From Anaerolineales bacterium (GTDB taxonomy: Bacteria > Chloroflexota > Anaerolineae > Anaerolineales > UBA11858), in assembly GCA_018335275.1 (NCBI GenBank), contig JAGXKM010000004.1, forward strand, positions 1-58,903: a DNA stretch of 58,903 nt, read 5' to 3'. Of this stretch, positions 27,703 to 37,755 are shown piece after piece; position 1 is the stretch's first letter, and every line of letters starts with the position of its first letter. Made by a program: the position numbers and the translations under genes. A model generated the notes under the pieces. It searched no databases. It was not told the DNA's origin and saw only the letters and a program-made list of their open reading frames with translations.

Positions 27703-30414
27703 TTACGTCCGGCCCCACCCCAGGGCTTTACCGATCTGACCCAGCAGGAGCGGGACCAGGCTCAGGGGGATGACCAGCATCCAGCCCTGAAGTCCGAGGG
27801 GGACGGTGTCCAAGAGGTTAGCCAGGAAGGGCAGATAGGTAGCGAGCAGGAGCAGACCCACGCACAGGACCAGAGCCCCCCAGATGGCGGGGTTTTCGGT
27901 GACTTCGTTGCGCAGCACCCCAGTGCCCAAACCCCGCATATTGAAGACATGCCACAGTTGAGCGAACGCCAGGGTCAGGAATCCTACCGTGACCGCCTTT
28001 TCAAGTCCCATCTCATAGCGAGCGAGAGCCAGGCCAAACGCTCCCAGGACGCTGAGGCTGATGAGGAGGGCATAAACACTGATCCCCCGCCAGTGTTTCC
28101 GGGTCAGGATGGGCTCATCCGGGTCCCGCGGGGGGCGTTTCATGATCTGGGGATTCCCAGCTCCCACCCCGAGTGCCAGGGCCGGGAAGATATCCGTCAC
28201 CAGATTGAGGAACAGAATTTGCAGGGGCCGGATGGGGAGGGGAAGACTGGTGAAGGAAGCAAAGGAGACCACGAAAATCTCACTCGTGTTGCAGGATAAT
28301 AGGTAGAGAGCGAATTTCCGGATGTTATTGAAGATGTTCCGGCCCTGTTCAATGGCAGCCACAATGGTCGAAAAGGCGTCATCTTTGAGGACCATGGCTG
28401 CCGCTTCCTTGGCGACCTGGGTCCCGCGCCGTCCCATGGCGATGCCGATATCCGCCTTTTTCAATGCCGGAGCGTCGTTTACCCCGTCCCCAGTCATGGC
28501 CACGATCTCTCCTTCTTCTTGAAAGGAGGTCACCAGGGAAAGCTTTTGTCCAGGACTGACCCGGGCGAAAATGTCAGCCTCTGTGACCTGCTTGTCAAGA
28601 TTTTCTTCCTCGGGCAGATTCTTCCCCATTTTTGTGTCTGGATCAGACCCTTTTACCAGATTCACTTTCTGGGCGATGGTTTCCGCGGTCTGAGTTTTGT
28701 CGCCCGTAACCATCACCACCCGCACGCCGGCATCCTGGCAGGATTGGAGGGACTCTTCGACATCCTCACGGGCTGGATCGATCAGACCAACCACGCCAAG
28801 GAAGGTCAGGTTTTCGTAGGGATTCGCGGAAGGGTCTTCCCCCTCGCGCTGGGCCAGGGCCAGGATGCGGTATCCCTCCGCGGCCAGGGATGTGAATCGC
28901 TTCTCCCAGCGCCGCCGGTCATCTTCTTCCAGGGGTTCTTTACCATGGGGGGTGAGATGGGTTTCGCTCACCCCGAGAACTGCCTCAGGAGCTCCCTTCA
29001 CAGCCACCAGGTAGTTTCCTCCCCCTTCCTGGGCCTGTTCATGGATAGTGGCCATCATCTTCACTTCTGGGTCAAAGGCAATTTCCCTTTCCTCTGGGTA
29101 TTCCTCTAACAATGCTTCCCGCGTCATCCCTGCCTGATACGCGCCCTGCAGAAGGGCGATTTCCAGGGGGTCGCCGATATCCTCACCACTGCTGTCCTGG
29201 TTGTGCAGTTCGGCGTTGTTGCACAGCACCCCGGTCCGGAGCGTCTGGTGAAGGTGGGTATGTTGGCCGGGGTCGATCTCCTGATCGTTAAGGAGAAAGG
29301 TTTTTTGCGAGTTGGGCCCTTGATCCAGCCGGACGTCGTCCTCCGCCAGGGCGATCTTTTTCAGGGCCATCTCATTTTCTGTCAGTGTCCCGGTCTTGTC
29401 GGTCAGGATGACGGTGGTCGATCCCAGGGTCTCCACAGCGGATAACTGGCGGAGCAGGGCGTTGCGTTCTGCCATACGGCGCATGCCGCGGGCCAGGGCG
29501 ATGGTAGCCACAATGGGCAGTCCTTCAGGGACGGCTGCCACAGCCAGGGCGAGGGCTGTTTCCAGGATCAAATACACATCCCTGCCCAGAGCGATGCCCA
29601 GACCGGCGATCAGAGCTGCGATCCCGAGGGTGATCCATACCAGGCGTTCTCCCAGCTGGTCCAGCCGTTTTTCAAGAGGCGTGCGCTCTTCTTCTGCCTC
29701 ATCAACCAGGGAGGAAATGTCCCCCAGTTGGGTGTCCATGCCCGTGGCCACCACCACGGCCCGGCCTGAACCGCGGGTCACCGCGGTGCCCTTGTAGACC
29801 ATGTTTTCGCGCTCCGCGAGGGGAGGTTCACCCTTCAGGGCCGAAGTCGTCTTCCCCACCGGGACGGATTCCCCGGTCAGGGAGGCTTCGTCCACCTGAA
29901 GGCGGTTGGCTTCCAGGAGCCGGGCATCCGCGGTGATCACATCGCCGCTTTCGATGATCAGGATGTCCCCCGGCACGACCTTCTCAGCGGATATATTGTG
30001 GATGGATTTCTCGCGGCGGACTTTGGTCTTCATCCGACCCAGTTCCCGGAGGGCTTCCATGGAGCGCACCGCGCGCAGTTCGGTGAAGAACCCTAACAGG
30101 GCGTTCAACAGAATCACGGTCAGGATGGAGACTCCTTCCACATATTCCCCGAATGCGAAAGAAAGCGCAGCCGCTCCGCTCAACAAGAGGACGATGATGT
30201 TTTGAAATTGTTCGATGAAGATGGACAGGGCGCTCCTGCGTTCTGTCTCCTCCAGGCGGTTGGGACCGTATTGCTCCAGGCGGCGGTCCGCCTCTTCGGA
30301 AGACAACCCCTCTTCGGGATCAACATCCCAATCCCGGGTCACATCCCCCCAGGGCCGCTTCCAGGGCTGGGATTTTTGTTGAGTTGAAGGCAGATGTTCT
30401 CTTTCCGCGCTCAT
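27703..30414 (-). CDS. Cation-transporting P-type ATPase (type II, Ca2+-ATPase-like)
   Basis: TGES, PEGL, DKTGTLT, KGAPE, TGD, MTGDGVNDAPALK, QILFLNLVTD; AAGGAG before ATG 30414. Confidence 0.95.
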   Translation of the reverse strand: MSAEREHLPSTQQKSQPWKRPWGDVTRDWDVDPEEGLSSEEADRRLEQYGPNRLEETERRSALSIFIEQFQNIIVLLLSGAAALSFAFGEYVEGVSILTVILLNALLGFFTELRAVRSMEALRELGRMKTKVRREKSIHNISAEKVVPGDILIIESGDVITADARLLEANRLQVDEASLTGESVPVGKTTSALKGEPPLAERENMVYKGTAVTRGSGRAVVVATGMDTQLGDISSLVDEAEEERTPLEKRLDQLGERLVWITLGIAALIAGLGIALGRDVYLILETALALAVAAVPEGLPIVATIALARGMRRMAERNALLRQLSAVETLGSTTVILTDKTGTLTENEMALKKIALAEDDVRLDQGPNSQKTFLLNDQEIDPGQHTHLHQTLRTGVLCNNAELHNQDSSGEDIGDPLEIALLQGAYQAGMTREALLEEYPEEREIAFDPEVKMMATIHEQAQEGGGNYLVAVKGAPEAVLGVSETHLTPHGKEPLEEDDRRRWEKRFTSLAAEGYRILALAQREGEDPSANPYENLTFLGVVGLIDPAREDVEESLQSCQDAGVRVVMVTGDKTQTAETIAQKVNLVKGSDPDTKMGKNLPEEENLDKQVTEADIFARVSPGQKLSLVTSFQEEGEIVAMTGDGVNDAPALKKADIGIAMGRRGTQVAKEAAAMVLKDDAFSTIVAAIEQGRNIFNNIRKFALYLLSCNTSEIFVVSFASFTSLPLPIRPLQILFLNLVTDIFPALALGVGAGNPQIMKRPPRDPDEPILTRKHWRGISVYALLISLSVLGAFGLALARYEMGLEKAVTVGFLTLAFAQLWHVFNMRGLGTGVLRNEVTENPAIWGALVLCVGLLLLATYLPFLANLLDTVPLGLQGWMLVIPLSLVPLLLGQIGKALGWGRT

Positions 30415-30635
30415 CTCACTCCTTGCTGGATGGTGATCCTTCTCCATTCTTGAGTAACGATGACCTCATAATGCCCCAATAACTGGTGACAACCGGGGCG
30501 ATCGATCGTGTCTTTGGCACCTATTTACTGTTATCCCAGGTGGCATAAAAGTCAGGTCCCACAATTCAAACCTGGAACCTATCCCCTATTCTATCATCTG
30601 TCCTTTCAGGAAGTGTGTTCGTGAGAGCCTGGATG

Positions 30636-31790
30636 TCAGATCAGATCGCGCAGTTTCCCCTGGATGGCGGACAGCTTTGGGCCAGCCTGGTCGTCCAATT
30701 CCTTTCGCAGGCCGTAAAGCCTGTAAAAGGTGGGCATCATCTCGGATTCCTCGACCATCCCCAGGCGTAAAGACGTTTCGATGACATAAATGAGGTCCCT
30801 GAAGGCGGAGCTGGGGTCTGCGGGTAAAGGCTCTGTGAGGATTTCCCTCACGTTGTCCTCCGCTAGCTGGTTGTACCTCTCATCCTTTTCTTCCAAAAAT
30901 TGGTTGATTTCATCCAACTCTTGGGGTGTAAAGCGCCATCCGCTGGCCTGAAGGTTTTCCTCAAGATGGGGGATGGTGGAAGGCCCTGTCAGGGCGCAGA
31001 TCACCCCTTCTTGGGCCAAAACCCAGGCGATGGCCGCCTGGGCAGGCGTTTTTCCATAGCGATTCCCGATTTCCGCTAACTTCTCCATCACCCGAAGCCC
31101 ATATTGGAAACGTTCCCGCTGAAAGAAGGTATCCAGATTGCGGATATCCCCCGCTTCAAAAGTGGGGACTTCCTGGAATTTTCCGGTCAACAATCCCCGC
31201 CCTGTGACGCTGAAGGCGATCATCCCCGCATCATATTTTTGGCATAAAGGAAGCAGATCGCGGTGATTCTCCCGTGCCACCGCATTCAACTCCAATAATA
31301 CGGAGAAGACAGTCCCTTGCTCCAGATAGTCTTCCACCCGGGGAGGGGATAGGTGCCCCAGGCCGTAGTGCCTGATTTTCCCTTGCCCGGCCAGATCTTC
31401 CAGGGCCGCGATAGTTTCTTTGACGGACGTCTCCGGATCGTCAAAGTGGATCTGGTACAGGTCGATATACTCCGTTTCCAGCCTACGCAGGCTTTCCTCG
31501 CAGGAGGATTGGAGGTATTCCGTTGAGAGATTAGGCTTGGTGCTATCCTTCACCCCCACTTTGGTAGCGATGAAGACCTCCTCGCGGAAGGGATTGACCA
31601 CCTCGCCCAGGATGGCCTCCGCATCCCCATAAGCATCCGCCGTGTCGAAGAAATTGACCCCCAGTTCATATGCCCTGCGAAGCATGGCTTTGAATGCTTC
31701 AAGGTCTTTCTGGCCGTAGGCGCCGCTCAAGGCATAACAGCCGATGCCGATTTCTGAGATGTCGAGTCCATCATGTGTCCGATAAAGCAT
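30636..31790 (-). CDS. Aldo/keto reductase with extra C-terminal helical extension
   Basis: GVNFFDTADAYG, IATKVG, SLRRLETEYIDLYQIH, TPAQAAIAW. Confidence 0.9.
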   Translation of the reverse strand: MLYRTHDGLDISEIGIGCYALSGAYGQKDLEAFKAMLRRAYELGVNFFDTADAYGDAEAILGEVVNPFREEVFIATKVGVKDSTKPNLSTEYLQSSCEESLRRLETEYIDLYQIHFDDPETSVKETIAALEDLAGQGKIRHYGLGHLSPPRVEDYLEQGTVFSVLLELNAVARENHRDLLPLCQKYDAGMIAFSVTGRGLLTGKFQEVPTFEAGDIRNLDTFFQRERFQYGLRVMEKLAEIGNRYGKTPAQAAIAWVLAQEGVICALTGPSTIPHLEENLQASGWRFTPQELDEINQFLEEKDERYNQLAEDNVREILTEPLPADPSSAFRDLIYVIETSLRLGMVEESEMMPTFYRLYGLRKELDDQAGPKLSAIQGKLRDLI

Positions 31791-31799
31791 GATACCCTC

Positions 31800-32350
31800 C
31801 TAATTCGCTTCATACTCCTCGTGCAGGATGGCGCTGACATGTACGTCTTCGAAGGAGTCGAAGCAGTGCAGGGACTGCCGCAGAGTACCCTCGCGCTGCA
31901 TGCCGATCTTCTCCATCACTGGCCCGGAAGCGGGGTTTTTGGTCATATACCGGGCCTGAATCCGGTTTAAATCCAGTTCCTCAAATCCGTAGCGGATCAC
32001 CTCCCGGGCGGCTTCGGTGCAGTACCCCTGGTTCCAGTAGGGTTCTCCGATCCAGTAACCCAGCTCTCCAAGATCGTGCTGTTTTTTTAAGTGGAGGCCA
32101 ATCACGCCGATCAAGATGTCCTGTTTTTTGCGAACGAGAGCAAAATTCACCCCTTTCCCTTTTTCATAATATTCCTCCTGTCCTGAAACCCATTCCTCCG
32201 CTGCCCCGTCCGGGTAAGGGTGAGGGATTTAACGATGTGGGCAGCGACGGGATAAGCCCCGGCCAGTTCCTGGATGGTGGGCGCATCATTCATTGCTAGG
32301 GACCTTAAGACTAGACGATCTGTTGTTAATCTAGGGATGGTAGACATCAC
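31800..32350 (-). pseudogene. RimJ/RimL-type GNAT acetyltransferase split by a frameshift near 32229
   Basis: Frame 1 gives LTTDRLVLR; after a -1 shift it continues IPHPYPDGAAEEW...ELGYWIG..YWNQGY..NPASGPVMEKIGM. Confidence 0.75.
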
Positions 32351-32531
32351 TCACCTTCTTCGTCCTGATGGGTTCGCCCATTTCCTTTACATAGGGCAGA
32401 TTGCTTTCATGGTAGCGTGGATGAGGTTGGGTTGCAAGCCCTGCTGTATCCAGATTGCAGTGAAGGGGGACGCCTGACGGGGCATGGTTTTATGCAGGGT
32501 GACACGGGGGTGGGTGGAAGTATATGCGTGT

Positions 32532-32894
32532 TCAGCAGGTGACGTGAAAGAGGCCGATCCAATCCCCCTGGACCTCATTCCAGCGCTGGATGGCTTTGGG
32601 TGTGCGATAGATCTCCACCTGGCACTCCCGCTCCTGGAAATATTCTTCCGCTTCCGGGGAAAGTTTAACCCGGCCAAACTGGCCGCCCCCGATCAGCAGA
32701 CCCTCCGCCCCTGCCTCATAGATGTGCTCCGCTTCGGCCAGAGAAAGGGTGTGCGAGGTGCCGAATATCTCTTTGGAAAGGTTTTTCTTCCGTTTTTCCA
32801 CCGTGCTGTCCAAGCGGATGAGAATGTCGTTCTTGATCCGTTCGTTCCCCACATCTATGGATGCAAACTTTGTGCCATTCAGGGTGGGTTTCAT
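32532..32894 (-). CDS. Mth938-like domain protein
   Basis: FASIDV, LLIGGGQFG, TPKAIQRWN, C-terminal FHVTC. Confidence 0.8.
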   Translation of the reverse strand: MKPTLNGTKFASIDVGNERIKNDILIRLDSTVEKRKKNLSKEIFGTSHTLSLAEAEHIYEAGAEGLLIGGGQFGRVKLSPEAEEYFQERECQVEIYRTPKAIQRWNEVQGDWIGLFHVTC

Positions 32895-32920
32895 AGGTGT
32901 GTTCCTGTCTTAACCATGTC

Positions 32921-33643
32921 TCAGACCTTTTTACTCCGGGTCTTGCTTCCGAGAAGCCGCTCTAATTTTTGGCTCAAGTTATCTGTGAGAGGGAACCCAT
33001 GGCCCGGGCAGATGATTTTGAGGTCTAATTGGGCGAGCTTTTGTACGGAAGCCCGGGCAGTCCGGCTGTCGACTGAAATCAGGGGAAGCGGCAGGCGCAG
33101 ACCTCTCACGCGGGTGGCGGGGTGCTGATTAAAGAGTGCATCCCCGCACAGCAGCACCCCTTGCTCGGGTTGATAAAAAGAGATGCTGCCCGGCGTGTGT
33201 CCCGGTGTATGGAGCGCCTCCCACCCGCCGCTGAAGGACATCTCCTGCCCTCCTGTTAGATAATTATCCACCTTAAGAGGAGGCTGGCGAAAGAGAAAAC
33301 GGTCCGCGAGGCGGAGAAGCGTGCGCTGAAAAAGCGATTTTGCGGGAATGTGGGGGGATTTTTGGAAGAAGGGCCGGTCGGCTTCGTGACCCATGACTGG
33401 AGCGCCGCTTTTTTCAGCGAGAGCAGGGGAGTTGCCGATGTGATCGCCGTGCCCGTGGGTGTGGAGGATGCCTTTCAGGTTCGAGAGCGGGCATCCTTCT
33501 TCCTCCAGCTCATCCCTGATGGCCTCCGCATAACCGAACAAACCGCTGTCCACCAGGTAATATCCGTCTTCAACATCCAGGAGGTAGACATTGCAGATGG
33601 GGATGCTTTCCAATTTGAAAACGTGTTTTGTGATCTGGTCCAT
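32921..33643 (-). CDS. MBL-fold metallo-hydrolase (glyoxalase II-like)
   Basis: THGHGDHIG, TPGHTPG, CGDA, PGHG. Confidence 0.9.
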   Translation of the reverse strand: MDQITKHVFKLESIPICNVYLLDVEDGYYLVDSGLFGYAEAIRDELEEEGCPLSNLKGILHTHGHGDHIGNSPALAEKSGAPVMGHEADRPFFQKSPHIPAKSLFQRTLLRLADRFLFRQPPLKVDNYLTGGQEMSFSGGWEALHTPGHTPGSISFYQPEQGVLLCGDALFNQHPATRVRGLRLPLPLISVDSRTARASVQKLAQLDLKIICPGHGFPLTDNLSQKLERLLGSKTRSKKV

Positions 33644-33951
33644 CTCTAATCAGTGAAAAAATTTGATATGAATGTATTTATTCAGGTTCAAGGTACAGTC
33701 AAGGATAATTCAATACTAACTTGACCCGACCCGGGAATCAAGAGTGTTGGTTGAAAAAATATATCCGACCTGACCTTCCTCTCCTTATAAGCTGCGAGTT
33801 TTATAAGCATTATTGTCCACTTTCCCCTTCATACTATAACAGATACTTAACGAACCTGTTTGACTATTGACATGGAAATGGGGGTTTTGTACACTGGGAA
33901 TAAGGGGATGGATGTTTTACTGATGTAGAGGGGATAGGGAGGATCAGGGAG

Positions 33952-34644
33952 ATGGTCAATAAGCGGGGAAAGAATCAGGGACCTTCGAGAAAGGCGCCCA
34001 CCACGACTCCTGATTGGCAAGCTGCGGTTCGCAGGCGGACCCGGTTCTATGTCTTGGTCGCGTTCCTGCTGGCTGTTCTTTTTGGTGTCCTTGTCTTTCA
34101 ATTTTTTTCCCGCCAACAGCGTTATGCCCCCGGGGAAAAGATTTCTGCTGTCTTTACCCGGCAGAAGATCGAAATTGGTACTGCCTTAACCACAGATAAG
34201 ATTGAAGTTCGAGAGGTACCAAAAGGAGCAGTCCCTGAGTCCCATTTCAACTTTGAGGAGCAGGCGGTTGGAAAGGTCACCCTCTATCCCCTGGTAAAGG
34301 GAGAGATCGTCATCCCGGAGAAGTTGACAGGGGGGAAAGGAGGGGCTGTAGCTCAGCGGTGCCCTTCCGAAACCTGGTGTGTGCGTGTTCCTGTAAAATG
34401 GTTCATCGCTGCTCCTCCGGATTTATCTGAAGGAGACCGTATAGAAATCGCTTCTGTTCTGCCCGGGAAAAGCATGGAAAATGCAGGTTTCATCGCCACC
34501 GAAGTTCAGGTTGTCGCCTTGCCGGTGGATGAAGACACACCTGCCTATATCTTTGCGGTCGATGATCAGGAGGCGTTGTCTCTTCTTTACGCTCGATCTA
34601 ATGAATACCAGATGCTCGTGTTGCTGCGACCCGCAGGAGGATAG
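33952..34644 (+). CDS. cpaB: Flp pilus assembly protein CpaB/RcpC-like (SAF domain)
   Basis: TM anchor, SAF-like IEIGTALT..VGKVTLYPLVKGE, GDRIEI; first gene of tad cluster. Confidence 0.7.
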   Translation: MVNKRGKNQGPSRKAPTTTPDWQAAVRRRTRFYVLVAFLLAVLFGVLVFQFFSRQQRYAPGEKISAVFTRQKIEIGTALTTDKIEVREVPKGAVPESHFNFEEQAVGKVTLYPLVKGEIVIPEKLTGGKGGAVAQRCPSETWCVRVPVKWFIAAPPDLSEGDRIEIASVLPGKSMENAGFIATEVQVVALPVDEDTPAYIFAVDDQEALSLLYARSNEYQMLVLLRPAGG

Positions 34645-34647
34645 GGT

Positions 34648-35373
34648 ATGGGTTGTGTGATCGGTATTTTTTCCGCCAAAGGTGGGGTGGGGAAAAGTCT
34701 AATAGCCACCAATCTGGGGGTAGCTGTGGGCGTGGGACAAAAGCGCTCCACAGCTTTGATTGATCTCAGTCCGGGTCTGGGAACCGCGGATGTGCTCCTT
34801 GACCTCAAGCCTGAGCGTTCCTGGGCAGATTTACTGCCCGTCATGGATGAGCTGACAGATAAGCATCTACAACTGGCAGTCACGGAATATGGGCCAGGAA
34901 TGGATTTACTCGCCTGCCCCCCAGGATTACTAGATGATGAATGTTTGGGTCGGGAAAATCTCGCATCTTTGTTAGATGTTTTCCGGGAAAAATATCAGGT
35001 GATCTTCCTTGATACTTTTTCTGGATGGGGAAGCGTGAACAGGGCCGCGTACTTGTATGCTGATCTGCGATTGATGGTGCTTACGCCGGATGTCCCCTCC
35101 CTGCGGTCGACAAGACGATATCTGAATTCCATACCGGAAAAGGAGATCACAGCTGGATTAGTGATAAATCAAAACAGTCCGGGAGCTGCTGTCGAACCCC
35201 AAGAGATCGCTGAACATTTAGATTTAAAGGTTTTTTCTGTGCTGCCTATGGATCCCAACGGTGTCTGGTCGAATGTCAGTTATGGTCAACCATGTGTTTT
35301 GCGAAAAAACAGCCGATTGGGAAAATCATTCCGGCGAATGGCCAAAAAAGTTCTTAAGTGTGTGGATCGCTAA
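34648..35373 (+). CDS. cpaE: CpaE/TadZ-like MinD-family ATPase
   Basis: Deviant Walker A KGGVGKS, IDL, TPDVPSL; lies upstream of cpaF. Confidence 0.8.
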   Translation: MGCVIGIFSAKGGVGKSLIATNLGVAVGVGQKRSTALIDLSPGLGTADVLLDLKPERSWADLLPVMDELTDKHLQLAVTEYGPGMDLLACPPGLLDDECLGRENLASLLDVFREKYQVIFLDTFSGWGSVNRAAYLYADLRLMVLTPDVPSLRSTRRYLNSIPEKEITAGLVINQNSPGAAVEPQEIAEHLDLKVFSVLPMDPNGVWSNVSYGQPCVLRKNSRLGKSFRRMAKKVLKCVDR

Positions 35374-35418
35374 AGATGGGGGATTCCTGAATACATGAAA
35401 AGGGGAGGAGGGGAGGGT

Positions 35419-36705
35419 GTGGTTTCTCAAAAGCATGCGGAACTTGAAGACCGACTGCATCATCTGACCACAGAGTACATTCAATCACGGGTGGAAAGTG
35501 ATCGGGAACGCGAATCGTTGACGGGAGACCGAAAGGGTCTGTCTGAGATCGTCGAAACTTTCCTGCGTCAGGAGGAAGAAATCTTACCCCATCGTACGGA
35601 GGAAAAGTTGATCGAGGGGGTTGTCAACCGCATTGTGGGCTTCGGTCCCCTGGAACCCTATTTGCACGATCCACAGGTGACGGAGATTATGGTTAACGCG
35701 CCGGACGAAATATTTGTGGAGAAGAACGGGGAATTAGAAACGGTACAGGCTGCATTCCGGGATAACCAACATATCCTTAATGTCATTGACCGCATTGTTG
35801 CCCCGCTTGGGCGGCGTGTGGATGAATCTGTGCCTTTTGTAGATGCCAGATTACCTGATGGGTCGCGGGTTAATGCCATTATTCCCCCGCTGGCTATGCG
35901 TTCCCCAGCTTTGACCATCCGTCGTTTTTCTGCGACACCCTTCACCTTAAGTCGTTTGGTGGGATTGGGGAGTTTATCAGATCACATGGCGCGTTTCCTT
36001 CAGGCATGTGTCCAGGCTCGGATCAACATCTTAATTTCCGGGGGTACAGGATCAGGGAAGACATCCACCTTGAATGCTCTCTCTCGCTGCATACCCGGTG
36101 GTGAGCGGATTGTGACCATTGAAGATACCGCAGAACTGCAGCTGGCAGCGGACAACTTGGTCTCTTTAGAAGCGCGCCCTCCCAACATTGAAGGGAAGGG
36201 GGAAATTACCATTCGGACATTGGTTCGAAATGCCTTGCGCATGCGCCCGGACCGGATCATTGTGGGAGAAGTTCGTGGTCCGGAAGCATTTGACATGCTC
36301 CAGGCCATGAACACGGGACACCCAGGTTCCTTGACAACGGTTCATGCCAACTCTCCTGCGGATGCTGTTCGACGTATAGAGTCCATGGTCTTGATGGCGG
36401 GATTAGAATTACCTCAACCTGCCATCCGGGAGCAAATTGCCAGTGCTGTGGATCTGATCCTTCAACAGGAGAGGCTTCCTGGCGGAAAACGAAAAATCGT
36501 CTCCATTGCGGAAGTCCTTGCCTTTCAGGATGATGGATGGGAAAACCTCCAGGTAAAAGTTGAGGAAGTATTTACCTATGAAAGGGAGGGCCTGGATGAA
36601 GATGGTCGTGTAAAGGGGAAGTTTCAGAGTACAGGATATAAACCCCAGTGTTTGACGCTGATCAAGCGCAGCGTGAATGTTGAAGGGAACCACTTGGAGG
36701 AGTGA
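35419..36705 (+). CDS. cpaF: Tad pilus assembly ATPase CpaF/TadA
   Basis: GFGPLEP, DARLPDGSRVN, GGTGSGKT, EDTAEL, RMRPDRIIVGEVRG, MNTGH; start could be 35395. Confidence 0.95.
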   Translation: MVSQKHAELEDRLHHLTTEYIQSRVESDRERESLTGDRKGLSEIVETFLRQEEEILPHRTEEKLIEGVVNRIVGFGPLEPYLHDPQVTEIMVNAPDEIFVEKNGELETVQAAFRDNQHILNVIDRIVAPLGRRVDESVPFVDARLPDGSRVNAIIPPLAMRSPALTIRRFSATPFTLSRLVGLGSLSDHMARFLQACVQARINILISGGTGSGKTSTLNALSRCIPGGERIVTIEDTAELQLAADNLVSLEARPPNIEGKGEITIRTLVRNALRMRPDRIIVGEVRGPEAFDMLQAMNTGHPGSLTTVHANSPADAVRRIESMVLMAGLELPQPAIREQIASAVDLILQQERLPGGKRKIVSIAEVLAFQDDGWENLQVKVEEVFTYEREGLDEDGRVKGKFQSTGYKPQCLTLIKRSVNVEGNHLEE

Positions 36706-37755
36706 ATGCCTTTTCGTGGCTTGGGAATCCTGGGATATGTGGGGATCTTGATCATCGCCTGGTTAATAAGGGATTCCCTTTTTACCTTTATAGCCTCTCA
36801 CCTGATGTACTCGATCGGGGTGGTGGGAGGGATTTTTTTATTCGCGGCCTGTTTGCCCGTGATTGAGATCGGCCGGGGCCGGGCATTGAGACGGTTCTGG
36901 CGGCATCGGTTGGAAAAACAGGAAGGCTTTTCGCGTCCTTCCTCCTGGTGGCGTTCTTTCCTTTCTGTGTCAGATCCCATCAACCGTTTTTTATTCTCTT
37001 TTTTCAAGGGGGGGCTTGGTCGTTTGCTGTTAGGGTGGTGGCGGGATGCTCGCTTTGGTTCTCAACCGTTGTCCTTAGTCACCTCGTTATTGGGCACGAT
37101 TGGCGGAGGATTTTTGATCGGCTATCTTCTCACTCAGCGCCTGATGTTGAGTGGATTCCTGGCCTTCCTGCTCATCGTTGGGCTTCTGACGTGGACCTAC
37201 TCCCGGGCCAGAATGCAGCGCCGCTTATTTCAGGATCAATTTCCAGGGGTATTGGATCGATGGGCTGATTCCCTCCAGGCGGGGTTTTCTTTGCTCCAGG
37301 CCATTGAATTCATCGTTCCCAATTTGTCATCTCCCAGTTCAACAGAGTTGAGGTTGATGTCTGATCAAATTCGGATGGGATTCACAGTCGATCAAGCATT
37401 AAGAAAATTATATGAGCGACGGACGAATCAGGATGTGCGCTTATTGGTCGAAGGATTGACCTTACAACGTCAGGTGGGGGGAAATATGGCTGTTATGATG
37501 CGCGAACTTGCAGAGGTGATCCGGAAAAGAGTTGAGCTGGAAAATGAGGTCAGGACCCTGACCGCACAGGGTCGGCTTTCAGCGGTGGTCATTTCCCTTT
37601 TAGTACCGATTTCCCTGGGCCTGTTATCTATGTTTCCAGGTTATATCGATGTCTTGTTTAACACTACGGTGGGCAACCTTGTCCTGATTGTATCTGGAAT
37701 TCTGGAACTGGTGGGTGCGGTTATCGTCGCTCGATTGATCCGCATTGAGGTGTGA
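36706..37755 (+). CDS. tadB: Tad inner-membrane platform protein TadB (T2SSF family)
   Basis: FQDQFP, SLQAGFS, QRQVGGN, TAQGRLS. Confidence 0.88.
   Translation: MPFRGLGILGYVGILIIAWLIRDSLFTFIASHLMYSIGVVGGIFLFAACLPVIEIGRGRALRRFWRHRLEKQEGFSRPSSWWRSFLSVSDPINRFLFSFFKGGLGRLLLGWWRDARFGSQPLSLVTSLLGTIGGGFLIGYLLTQRLMLSGFLAFLLIVGLLTWTYSRARMQRRLFQDQFPGVLDRWADSLQAGFSLLQAIEFIVPNLSSPSSTELRLMSDQIRMGFTVDQALRKLYERRTNQDVRLLVEGLTLQRQVGGNMAVMMRELAEVIRKRVELENEVRTLTAQGRLSAVVISLLVPISLGLLSMFPGYIDVLFNTTVGNLVLIVSGILELVGAVIVARLIRIEV

Noticed and set aside
27652-29797. Long plus-strand ORFs (215, 196, 133 aa) opposite the P-type ATPase, and similar antisense ORFs over rarA, uvrC, clpB and pheT
   Set aside because: Shadow frames of GC-rich, well-supported genes with no recognisable motifs
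32352-32530. Possible gene remnant between the GNAT and Mth938-like genes
   Set aside because: Short open stretches without a convincing start, RBS or family motif
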